A stretch of 46,032 bases of DNA, from positions 52,697,345 through 52,743,376 of the forward strand of contig NC_068982.1 in assembly GCF_001194135.2 (NCBI RefSeq), in the 5' to 3' direction. This document shows positions 36,716 through 46,032 of this stretch, piece by piece. Position numbers and translations under genes: made by a program. The stretch is from Octopus bimaculoides (lineage: Eukaryota). Each line of letters starts with the position of its first letter. Position 1 is the first letter of the stretch. Under the pieces are notes generated by a model. That model searched no databases and had not been told where the DNA came from. It saw only the letters and a list, made by a program, of their open reading frames with translations.

Positions 36716-36907
36716 GTACATTATTTACATTATTAACATTTGACAGATATTTGTCGTGATCTTGTTTGTTGTTAACACGTTTCGGTTGATTCACCCTCCA
36801 GGCTTCACCTGATGAATGCTTGACGGTATATCAGCCGAAACGTTGTGCTAACAACAAACAAGATGAGGACAAATATCCGTCAAATGTAAATAATGTAAAT
36901 AATATAC
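36716..36907. mobile_element. Foldback (long inverted-repeat) element, probably derived from Penelope-like pseudo-LTRs
   Basis: Arms 36716-~36790 and ~36830-36907 are reverse complements with about 7 substitutions and one 3-nt indel. The right arm carries CTGATGAA..CAGCCGAAACGTT, the CTGANGAAG...CGAAACG motif typical of Penelope/Poseidon termini. Confidence 0.8.
36806..36847 (+). ncRNA. Candidate minimal type-I hammerhead ribozyme motif (probably partly decayed)
   Basis: CAC-CUGAUGA (36809-36815), extra A, helix II (GCU(U)GA...UCAGC), GAAA (36837-36840), then CG-UU^GUG. Helix I is CAC/GUG and helix III is the minimal palindromic AC/GU type. Confidence 0.55.
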
Positions 36908-37485
36908 TTTTCAGTTCCACAAAAACATATGATTAATGCTGGAACAATACCATGAACGTGTCACTGCGAAAATGTTAAAAAAAAAAAGACACAGAGGCAG
37001 TATAAACATAGACTTCTCACAGGCGAAAATAAACCCCTCTGACGATGAAATAAACGTGAGGTCTACCATTTCAATATCTAAGAATATCTAAAACATTTAA
37101 ATGTGTCCATGGGATTTTTCTACTATAGAGTCATCGACCTTCGTATGTATGAGTTAATTCTGAAAATAGAATTATAGTTATCTAGAAACGATTCCGGTTT
37201 TCTTTTGCAACCTCACTACTCCAGACAAACTGCAGCTCATATAAAAATATGAAAACAATTCAATATATATGTGTAAAAGAATAGCTATTTTCTATACAAA
37301 CACTACATATACATACACACTCACAAACATACACACTTAAGTAACATTATACATAAACAAGTAGTATTATACATCAACATGAACCTGTTAGCAATGAAGG
37401 AGGTGAAAGTTAAAATCGGGATGAAAGGTAGAGTAAACTAGCGAAGATGGGAAAGATAGACAAATAGATAAAGAGAGAGAATGAG

Positions 37486-38249
37486 ATCGAAATATGAAAA
37501 AGCAGGAAACTGAAGCATGTACAATAGTCAACGCATTTGTGTGCATCTAATCCAGGGAAGGTTGAACTGTTAGAAGGCTCTCGATATATTAATATACATA
37601 AATACATACATACATGCGCCCAAATATATATACACACATATATTTACATGCAAGTTATTTGATTATTCATGGTTTCTTACAACACATACACACATGCATA
37701 CACAAATACAATATATAAACCTACCCACGCTATCGCGCACTTTCCAGGTTGGTAGCAATATATATATATATACATACATGCATTCATAATGGCGGTTGAC
37801 TGATATTATCGAGCATGACCACATTTTGCGTTCTCTTTCTNNNNNNNNNNNNNNNNNNNNNNNNNNNNNNNNNNNNNNNNNNNNNNNNNNNNNNATCGAA
37901 ATATGAAAAAGCAGGAAACTGAAGCATGTACAATAGTCAACGCATTTGTGTGCATCTAATCCAGGGAAGGTTGAACTGTTAGAAGGCTCTCGATATATTA
38001 ATATACATAAATACATACATACATGCGCCCAAATATATATACACACATATATTTACATGCAAGTTATTTGATTATTCATGGTTTCTTACAACACATACAC
38101 ACATGCATACACAAATACAATATATAAACCTACCCACGCTATCGCGCACTTTCCAGGTTGGTAGCAATATATATATATATACATACATGCATTCATAATG
38201 GCGGTTGACTGATATTATCGAGCATGACCACATTTTGCGTTCTCTTTCT
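37486..38249 (+). repeat. Identical 355-bp duplication (37486-37840 and 37895-38249) across a 54-N gap; likely assembly artefact
   Basis: No differences seen between the copies, including the (TA)n length. The copies abut the gap at 37841-37894 on both sides. Confidence 0.9.
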
Positions 38250-38267
38250 TATTCTTTTTAAAGATCG

Positions 38268-38655
38268 TGCAGGCGTGGTTGTGTGGTAAGAAGCTTGCTT
38301 CCTAATCACATGGTTCCGAGTTGAGTCCCACCATGTGGCATCTCGGGCCGACCAAAGCCTTGTGAGTGTATCTGGTAGACGGAAATTGAAAGTAGCCTGT
38401 CGTATATGTATAAGTATATATCTATGTGTGTGAGTGTCTTTATGTCTGCTTATCCTCCACCATCGCTTGAAAACTGGTGTTCATTCGTTTACATCCCCTT
38501 AACTTAGCAATTCGGCAAAAGAGCCCTATAAAATAACTAGGCTTAAAAAAAAAATAAATCCTGGGTTGATTTGTTCGACTAAAATTCTTCAAGGCGGTGA
38601 CCCAACATAACCGCAGTCAAATAACTGAAACAAGTAAAAATTAAAAGATAAAAGA
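38268..38655 (+). mobile_element. Near full-length tRNA-derived SINE with an internal (TG/TA) microsatellite
   Basis: Head GCAGGCGTGGTTGTGTGGTAAGAAGCTTGCTTCC..GGTTCCGAGTTGAGTCCCA with decayed A/B boxes, an internal TATGTGTG tract, and a tail ..GACTAAA..AAGGCGGTGACCCAACAT..ACTGAAACAAGTAAAA(A/GATA)n. Confidence 0.82.
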
Positions 38656-39084
38656 TATATAATGCCTGCCTGTCATGGGCTCTCATGATAACGAAGACTT
38701 ACAGTAGTATGTCAAACCAACCTTCCAAATACGGGCGACTCTTTAGTAAAGAGGCAGTTTCGATGTTGACCGAAGAATCGTGACTACTAGACTATTTGTT
38801 CTGTGTGCCCTCGTGAGTGACAAAATTACGATGTGGCAATATTTCACTGTCATAGATGCAAACGTAAGTTTCGGCATGTGTTTGTAACTCTCTGAAGCTG
38901 AAAACATGATTTTCACTGGAAAAAAACGCGCATTAAATATCAGCGTATAAAATTTTATTATGACAAATGTTTATGTGACATGAATGTGCGATGTAAGCGT
39001 TTGACGCCGTTGCACTAACAACAAGGGAAAATAAAAAACAAAAGCAAATACAAGATTACCTTTCAACACCCTTAGAGAGAAACG

Positions 39085-39190
39085 GAAGGAGAAAGGAAGA
39101 GAGAGAAAGAGAAAGAGAGAGAATGAGAGAGAGAGAGAGTGAGAGAGAGAGATAGAGAGAGTGAGAGAGAGAGAGAGCAAAAGAGAAAGA
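39085..39190. repeat. (GA)n-rich polypurine tract
   Basis: Directly visible. Confidence 0.95.
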
Positions 39191-39196
39191 TGTATA

Positions 39197-40203
39197 CGAG
39201 GGTGGGCTGAAAAGTTCATAGGTTCACTATGAAGGAATGATGTTTGAGCTGTGAAATCTTGTATGCATTAATTTCAACTCTCCTTATTAATAACTGAATT
39301 GTTTCTTTCCACGTAAACTGACATCTGATTGTTCAATGATTTCAAAAGTAACTAGTACCGACCTTACTTGCAAATGGACAAAGTTTGGTGTTGTAGTGTT
39401 ATCGATCACCTGCAATAAAAGGGTTTAGTACCCCACCACCCCAAAAAACATTCATGCTGACAAGATTGCTCTTTAGGGGTGATGCTCCAGCTTTGTAAAC
39501 AGTTCAAAAGGGGGAAGATGAATTTAGAAGTCGGAGAGTTTTGAAGTTTTATTTGATACCTAATCAAAAGCGCACCAGGCTGATTACATCACGGGAAAAT
39601 ATGACAATGTCTGAGGTAGATCCAACTGATTTCCTTGAAGTTTCTTAATCCAGGATAAGCGTTGGGTTACTTTGAACCAGGGACAATGAGACACTCCGTG
39701 CAGTGGAAACACCGTTCCTCACCTGGTCCTAATAAGGCTAAGGTCGTTTCATCTGCAGTCGATAGCCGTAGTTTTTTGGGATGCAAAAGGCATATCGCTT
39801 ATTGACTATCTTCAAAAGGGTCACACCATCAATGAAGAGTACTATGCCAAATTGCTGAGGCAGTTACGAAAGGCTATGAAGACCAGACGCCCAGGAAAAC
39901 TGACGAAAGTGAACTTGTTTCATCAGGACAATGTTCCATCACACAAATCCTTGGTTTCAAAGGCTGCTGTGCTTGACCTCTGGCTTTGAACTAGTTGATC
40001 AGCCTCCTGATGTGGCCCCATCTGACTATCATCTGTTCCCTAACATGAAAAAAGCACATGGCTCAAAAACAGTATCGCAGTCATGATGACATCATATCTG
40101 CTGTTGACTTCTTAACCAACAAGACGAAAGCTTCTTCACCAATGGAATCCAAGTACTGCAGCACCGATGGAAGAAGTGTGTGGATCGCAATGGGGTTTAT
40201 CTA
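39197..40203 (+). mobile_element. Mariner transposon relic 2 (transposase pseudogene; 5' TIR present, 3' TIR absent)
   Basis: TA|CGAGGGTGGGCTGAAAAGTTC TIR and ATG at 39374. Frames give MDK.G..SVI..L..KG..., DPTDFL..FLIQD..W...FEPGT.R.S.QWKH.SSP.P.KAKVVSSA, VFWDAKGI.LIDYLQKGHTIN.EYYA.LLRQLRKA, FHQDNVPSH, DVAPSDYHLFPNMKK and RWKKCVDRNG.Y. This is a D,D34D-type motif set with frameshifts and deletions. Confidence 0.93.
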
Positions 40204-40590
40204 AAAATCACACACCCGTTTCCGCAATCAGCCTTTGTGAGTCGCCGGTCACGTGTTCAACGTTCTGGATATGCAAAGATAACGCTGGCTTATAGACCAG
40301 TAGCTCACTGGTTGTCATGTCTCTGATCTCACAATAGATTCATTTACAGACTATGCATGCAGCGATACACAGACTCACTGAAAGTTGTATTTATACGCAC
40401 GCGCACACACTTACAAACACACACACACACACGCACACACACACTCACGCATACAGTATATACATACATACACTTGAGGTTAAGGGAAAAGTTTCAGTCC
40501 AGCATATTGTATGTGCGAGAGTCACCTGTATGTGTATTTTGCACTAAAACATTTACCTGAATTTCTCGTCAGTCATTATATCATTAATTA

Positions 40591-40792
40591 AAGCGGCGAG
40601 CTGGCAGAATTTTTTGTACTCCGGGCAAAATTCTTAGCTGCATATCTTTACGTTCTGAGTTCAAATTTTGCCTAGGTCGACTATGTCTTTCATCCTTCCA
40701 GGGATCGATAAAATAAGTAACAGTTGAAAACTGGGGATGGTGTAATCAATTTACCCTCTCCCCCGAAATTGCTGACCTTGTGCCAAATTTTG
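40591..40792 (+). mobile_element. Well-preserved tRNA-derived SINE with a Deu/Nin-like domain
   Basis: AAGCGGCGAGCTGGCAGAAT...TTTACGTTCTGAGTTCAAATTTTGCCTAGGTCGACTATGTCTTTCATCCTTCCAGGGATCGATAAAATAAGTAACAGTTG...CTTGTGCCAAATTTTGA. Same family as 23217-23419, in the opposite orientation. Confidence 0.9.
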
Positions 40793-41506
40793 ATGTCAGT
40801 TATTATCTTGTCAATTATACTACGATTTCATTGTCCATGTGCGAAGTTTTAAGGATATATATTAGTCTCAACGAATAAGCAAAGAGGATGTCTTACAGTG
40901 TGTATAAATATCTATGCATTTAGGAAAAATAAAGTATTTAGAAAGAATAGAAAATTCATTATATTTAACTTGCAAAGCTGATGTTTATTCTGATAGAGAC
41001 TGTTGCGTTTAGTGATTTTTATATTCGAGGACACTTTATTCGAATTTACCAAAAAATTCACATTGATTTATTTCAAAGCCTATTCTTTTCCATTCTTCTG
41101 TTAAAACTGAAAGACTTCCATGTCTGAGTCAACGCTGTCCCTGGCAGTTACATCGTGTAAATATCAAACGTTCAGCTTGTGTTTCAAGTTATAGATAATA
41201 GGCTGAGTAGCCAAGTAAAAATGTAATGGATCTAATGGATCACTTTGTTGTACCACTTCTCGAGATGTTAATGTCTTTATGTTGCATTTGAAGAGATGAT
41301 AATGCATTTGAGTGAATATCCAGGCGCATTTTTAATACCTCATTCAAAATACAAATAACGCCATTGTGAAAATGTATCTTCCACAAAACTATTGTTGTCA
41401 ATATTGGAATACAAAGGACGTATGTGTGATTCAGCTTGTATTTTTATGAGGCAAAGCTAAACTTGTAAGGACATAGATAAAGGTAACTGTAGTTTTGGAG
41501 ATCATG

Positions 41507-41566
41507 CTCTCTCTCTCTCACTCTCTCTTTCTCTCTCTCTCACTCTCTCTTTCTCTNNNNNNNNNN

Positions 41567-41609
<43 letters not shown>
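41507..41609. repeat. (CT)n microsatellite containing a 10-N gap (41557-41566)
   Basis: Directly visible. Confidence 0.98.
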
Positions 41610-41611
<2 letters not shown>

Positions 41612-41907
41612 ACAGAAAGCAACATTGTGTTGCTATTAGGTCGCATGACATCATCGCTTTTAAAACCTAAATTTCATACTGAAAAGGAAAACATTGAGCC
41701 AAGTATACGTCCTTTCAATACATGGTGGTTTTAAAAGAAAGATTTAATTTTATGAGGTTTTGTATTCAAAATTGGTTGTAGCATCGATATGGTTAAATAA
41801 TGTGTCATTTGTACACGCTTTTCTATAGAGCAGACGCAATTACGTCAAACGCATAAATAAAATACCTGTCAAGCTTCTGGTAAATTTTGATAATCAATTT
41901 TTAACTA

Positions 41908-43590
41908 GTTTTTTTTTTCTTTTATGTCCTGATTTTAAACTTTGCTAGGACACATTTGTTGTAATTCTCTCCAGGACAAACTGAATCAGTCTAAAAACTT
42001 ATTGTACCAACGATAGAAATTATTATTTTTCAGTTTCATATTCTTATTGCATGGTTTCTCTGAACGACTAACTTGGCGATCTACGCGTCTTTGGTACGTT
42101 TAGTCTTTGATACGTTTAGTCTTTGATACGTTTAGTCTTTGATACGTTTAGTCTTTGATACGTTTAGTGCTGGTCTCGCTTCGAGGATAATAAGTTTACA
42201 GTGCCTAATAGGACTATTTTCTATATCTATATATTTCTAAATCTCAAAGTTTGGGTTATCCATTTTAATGTATATTCCTATTAATTTATAGGGTGGTTTA
42301 TTTCTGCTTTTTTCTATCACCAGATTTTATTTATCTCAGTTTTCAGATATTTATATTTGGATAATCTATTTCTTTTAAAGATACAGCATCATCTATTGTG
42401 TTTGATGCTTAGATTATATGGCACGTCACTTGGTAGGGGAGAAATATCGTATTTATACCTATTATTATATTTTATTTTATTAGTACTCTCAAATTTTCTT
42501 CGTAATTTCTGTGCGTTGTATTTAATCTAGTCCTAATTATTTGTACGTGGGATTCTGGTCTAATTCTCTGTGTTTCATTTAATGCTTTCATTTCTAGTTT
42601 GACATGGCTTAGATGATGCATTTTGTTTGTATTAGGGTTGCTTGGTTGTTATAGAGATTCTCAAGTATCAAAGAGTATGATATACTGTTAAGTACTTTTC
42701 AGTAATGTGTTATTTATGGCATGCTAAGGCTTGTTTTCTTTTTGCTGTCTTGAATAACAATCATGTATTCCTTCCTGGCATTCTTTGTGTTCCGCTGGCA
42801 ATATTTTATTGCTCTCCTTGTGAGTAACTAAACTTTTGTATAGTATGTCTGCAAGTGCTTTGTATATCGTTACTAAGCAAGTTATAATACTTTAGTTTTA
42901 GGTGTCTCTAATATTTTTGTTTTGAGGAATGAATATTTCCGCCCTTATGTTTTGATTTTGTTCTACTTAACACATCATTGAATGCTACGACCATATACAC
43001 GTGAGCACTGGTCAGCTGTTTCAATCAGAAACTGAGAACCTTTTCAGTTCCAGGTGCTCTCCATTTCTAAATGTGTTGGTGAATTTCTCGCCTGCTGTTT
43101 TGAGCCTTGCTTTACTATGCTCTTGTATATTTCCCCACTTCTTTTCTCATCTACTGTTCCATATGCATACTTAGTGCGTTTCAATTTTTGTTGATGTTAA
43201 TACGTCTCAAGTTCTATGATTATTCTGTTCTGGTAGAATCACTAAAAACTTTTTAACCTTTGGTTACGGTATTTTTGTTCTGCCAGAAGAAGCGTTCACA
43301 TTTTCCGAGGTTACTTATTTGTATACTTTTGCTGATGATTTGTTTAAGCCTTTTTCTTGCTTCTACAGTGATTATTTTGTTGTTTGGGGACATTTTTTTT
43401 TTCACGTTGATCTTTCTTTTTTTATTTTGCTAAGTAAATGTAGCTCCGCTATCTTTCAATGTTTTGAAGTATATTTTAATCTAATTTTGGCGGGATGGGA
43501 ATAACTGAGAAAATTCCAAATTCCACCGATATCGAGGATGGTTCCCCCCGACACAACTCCTCCAACTCGACAGACTATATCCTTCAGTTA
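41908..43590 (-). mobile_element. R4/Dong-clade non-LTR retrotransposon relic A (pre-RT region, RT start, large deletions, RLE end, A-rich tail)
   Basis: Minus-strand frames give RKRLKQII..KSIQI...ERFFWQNK...KKFF, WRAPGT.KV.SF*LKQLTSAH, IPQNK...IITCLVTIYK.L..IL...ILPAEHKEC and DSKKK.SLSM, then VSLKEID.LSKYK.L..EINKIW and KIVLLGTV.LL. An A-rich tail lies at about 41908-41925. Confidence 0.83.
42088..42167. repeat. Minisatellite, 5 x 16 bp (TCTTTGATACGTTTAG)
   Basis: Four identical units plus one with GG in place of GA, located just past the ORF end of R4 relic A. Confidence 0.97.
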
Positions 43591-43599
43591 ACAATTTTT

Positions 43600-44270
43600 T
43601 AGATTTGCTTTCAGCTTTTTCACGTCTGGTATAGTATCTTCTTTCACCTCACAACAAACTCTCAATTCAATCTCTGTATAATGCACGCTAGCATCCTTAA
43701 AGAGATAAATCAGATTATTGTGTACATGTTTTATAGCTATTTGTATTAATTCTCCATGAGATATTTTAGTTGTAACACAATTTGGTTTTCTACTTGGATA
43801 AAGTCCCTTCCTCCCTATATTTCTGGTAAATATAATATTTCCATGTCATATTTTAGCTGATATATTCTAAATGCAGCCGTTATATATCTTGTCCTTTTTT
43901 TGCATATTCTTGTGTATAAAATTCATTGGCATGTTGGGAAAAATACAGCAATAACTTATATTGGGAACAGAATGTATTGATGGTTATTATCATAGTTTTT
44001 ATGTAGAGATCTGCTTTTTTTTTTCTTCTATTAGTAATGAAACACATCTTTAACATTCCTTCCTAACCATTTCTTTCGTGCGCGCGCGCGCGCTTTGTGC
44101 TGTCGAGTTTATTGATAGCTAAATATTTGTAAGTTTAGGTTTGGCTTAATTCCCGTTTTAGAATCTAACATTATATTAGTGGTCATTATTAATTTCTTTG
44201 TCTTCAGGGGTGCCCTCGGTACATAGTTAAAGGCTAATCTTTATCAATTGCTGTAGTAAATCAGTGTACT
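43600..44270 (-). mobile_element. R4/Dong-clade fragment C (post-RT thumb region)
   Basis: Minus-strand frames give ILKREL...LAINKL, YDMEILYLP(R)NIGRKGLIQVEN (the HPKAD.RLY.PR..GGRGL motif) and KKLKANLKN. Confidence 0.7.
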
Positions 44271-44282
44271 GTATTTGTGAAT

Positions 44283-44391
44283 TTCTTCTTCTTCTTCTTC
44301 TTCTTCTTCTTCTTCTTCTTCTTCTTCTTCTTCTTCTTCTTCTTCTTCTTCTTCTTCTTCTTCTTCTTCTTCTTCTTCTTCTTCTTCTTCT
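44283..44391. repeat. Perfect (TTC.GAA)~36 trinucleotide repeat
   Basis: 109 uninterrupted nt. It is the source of the poly-Arg ORF 44227-44517. Confidence 0.99.
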
Positions 44392-45095
44392 AGCGTGCTT
44401 TCTCTGCACTATAGTTTGTGTTTGAGCAGTACTGCTACTTGATTTTGTTATTTTTACTGATTCGAAAGTCCTCGAAGTAATATGTGAGCAGTACCCAGCA
44501 GTGCCCAGCAGTGACATTTTTAAACTCTGAAGATTGTGCCTTTGTAAGCTGATTTATTTTATCATTCTCAAAGCACATATTATCATAGAGATTGTTTCTG
44601 TTTTCAGATCCCAAACATTCGGGTTATCGTTATTTCTAGATTTTTATATTTGGATTATTTTCCTATCTCTCTTTAAGGTAAAGTATCATTTATTGGAGCT
44701 CATATATCAATTAAGCGGCATCTCTTTTCTCGATAGTTCTTGACAACAATAACTGATCGATTAACTTTCATTTCTGTGTTTCTGTTTATTGGCATATTCC
44801 AAAGTATAGCTGTTTTACTGTTCTCGGAGACTTCTGTCTCATTATATGTCTTTGGTGGTTTCTACTGAAGAGGTTTGTTTCAATATATCGTAATCAAAGA
44901 AACTTCAGTTTCTGATTTGAGTCACGCACTTCATATCCAGTGTTGGGTTTTTCTTTGTTTACTTCTGCTCTATTCATTTCCCCTTTCAATATTGGCAATA
45001 ATGGGAATTTCTTGCCATTATGGCATTATGCGGTCCCAATTTTAGGTTAGATTTTAGCTGTTTTACAATTCACATTGTTTCTTTGTTTTTCTAAC
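44392..45095 (-). mobile_element. R4/Dong-clade fragment B (3' end with RLE), terminating directly in (GAA)n
   Basis: Minus-strand frames give KQLKSNLK, WQE.P, QHW...LKSETE, ENSKTAILWNMPI....MKVNR.VIVVK..EKRCRLIDI, SKYKNLEI.ITRM...LKTETI..I.CAL.MIK and SLLGTA. A ~60-nt UTR follows, then (AGA)n. Confidence 0.85.
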
Positions 45096-45099
45096 AGTT

Positions 45100-45846
45100 C
45101 TCTGCAAATGAAGCCTAATATTCAAAGTAGATGCTATCGAGTTGCACCGCCATAAGTTATCTTTCTGCTAGTCCTTTGATCCGAGGTCTTGTTCTTTGTG
45201 GTGAAGCTTCGATCTCTTTTTGGTTGATGAAGCGTCACGAGCGCAGGAGGTGAGCCATAGATCGGGGCAAGCAATAATCCGAGGAGCTAGGCGTGGACTA
45301 TGCTGGGGTGTAGCGTCGGTTCAGTTCCTTCAAGATCTTGCCGTTCGAGAGATATGAAGTCTTACGTTGCCTTGCTGCAGAAGAACTCACTTTCTGTTAA
45401 CTAATACCGAGTATTTTCCAAACACAATGGCATACATCTGTGAGATGCTGAGATCGAATCTGCTTCTATGGTTCGGAAAATGGCCTCGGAATCCACAGAT
45501 CGTCGAGGTTCTTGCAACCCGAACGAAAGACCTGGAATCGTCTGGTTACTGTACTGTGATTAACTGCATCTTCATCTTTTGCACAACAAGTGTTTTTGGC
45601 TGCCACGGTGGTCAAGATCGAACGCATAAAGCATAAATTTCTGAATTAGATTACGGTGCCCGTTTATTTGTGCGGCCTTCAAATTATACACGGAATGAAG
45701 CAATGCACAACGTACTAGCCCACCAACTACCACGATACTACCAACCGCAGCGGGTAACTCGCACGGCTTGAACTGCTGCGGTCACATGATATACACTACG
45801 CAAACTAGTACGTATCAAATATTGCAAAACTTTTGACTTGTCCCAA
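45100..45846 (-). mobile_element. Mariner transposon relic 3 (different subfamily, internally deleted)
   Basis: Minus-strand frames give MLYAF.L, AAKNTCCAKDEDAVNHSTVTRRFQ.FRSGCKNLDD, VDSEA..RTIEA, QQGNVRLH, a decayed HP.YSP.LAP.DY, RSMAHLLR..RF.NQ.EIEAS and IKGLAER*L..VQ.D..YFEY*. A TA|TTGGGACAAGTCAAAAG TIR-like 5' end lies at 45846-45848. Confidence 0.85.
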
Positions 45847-45985
45847 TAGTTGGTTTCCTTGAAGGCAGAGGCAATTTGTTTCTTTTCTTTCACGTTTGGA
45901 AATATTTGTATTAATTTTCTATGATTCTGAACTAGATATTTTTGTAGTCTTGATTTGGATATTTTGTTAATAATTATCTATTCGT

Positions 45986-45987
<2 letters not shown>

Positions 45988-46032
<45 letters not shown>
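45988..46032. repeat. Terminal (TA)n; a (TA)n also occupies 1-28
   Basis: Directly visible. TA runs at both ends suggest the window is a whole scaffold broken at microsatellites. Confidence 0.97.

Noticed and set aside
37486-38249. 355-bp tandem duplication as a biological event; duplicated ORFs 37410-37637 and 37663-38046
   Set aside because: The copies are identical and abut an N gap on both sides, which is typical of unmerged overlapping contig ends.
7577-41734. Numerous ORFs rich in VC/HT/IY/MYVC/LS repeats
   Set aside because: They are translations of (TG), (CA), (TA), (ATGT) and (CT) microsatellites or of N gaps.
44227-44517. 96-aa poly-Arg ORF (protamine-like appearance)
   Set aside because: It is the (AGA)n microsatellite read in frame, preceded by the LLGTA end and UTR of an R4 element.
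45367-45636. 89-aa + strand ORF in a GC-richer region
   Set aside because: It is antisense to mariner relic 3, which explains the composition.
1-46032. CRISPR arrays, operons, rRNA or other prokaryote-type systems
   Set aside because: None seen. The only regular tandem array (5 x 16 bp at 42088-42167) has no spacers, and the window has eukaryotic exon-intron and TE structure.

Overview
AT-rich, microsatellite-dense eukaryotic genomic DNA with five N gaps and (TA)n at both ends. It is probably a draft scaffold of a coleoid cephalopod (octopus); this is inferred from the repeat families as I remember them and was not checked by search. The only host protein-coding sequence I can support is the first coding exon (ATG 1872 to donor 2130, + strand) of a RASD1/RASD2 (Dexras1/Rhes)-family small GTPase. 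No matching second exon is visible, so the remaining ~43.9 kb is most simply a very large intron. That region is full of decayed mobile DNA: three distinct mariner relics, two mariner-derived MITEs, four fragments of R4/Dong-clade non-LTR retrotransposons with restriction-like endonuclease, a CR1/L2-type LINE, an RTE 3' fragment and many tRNA-derived SINEs. Almost all other ORFs in the track are microsatellite or transposon artefacts. The best leads are: (1) a ~190-bp foldback element with a Penelope-type minimal hammerhead ribozyme core; (2) a same-orientation stack of R4-clade fragments, plus R4 3' ends that abut (GAA)n and (CA)n; (3) two out-of-frame uORFs overlapping the GTPase start codon; (4) a small (ATGT)n-carrying dispersed element; (5) an indel-free 373-bp duplication with one-sided CpG decay. 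I found no convincing wholly new multi-gene system. All protein assignments come from hand translation and motif recognition, and TE boundaries are approximate.
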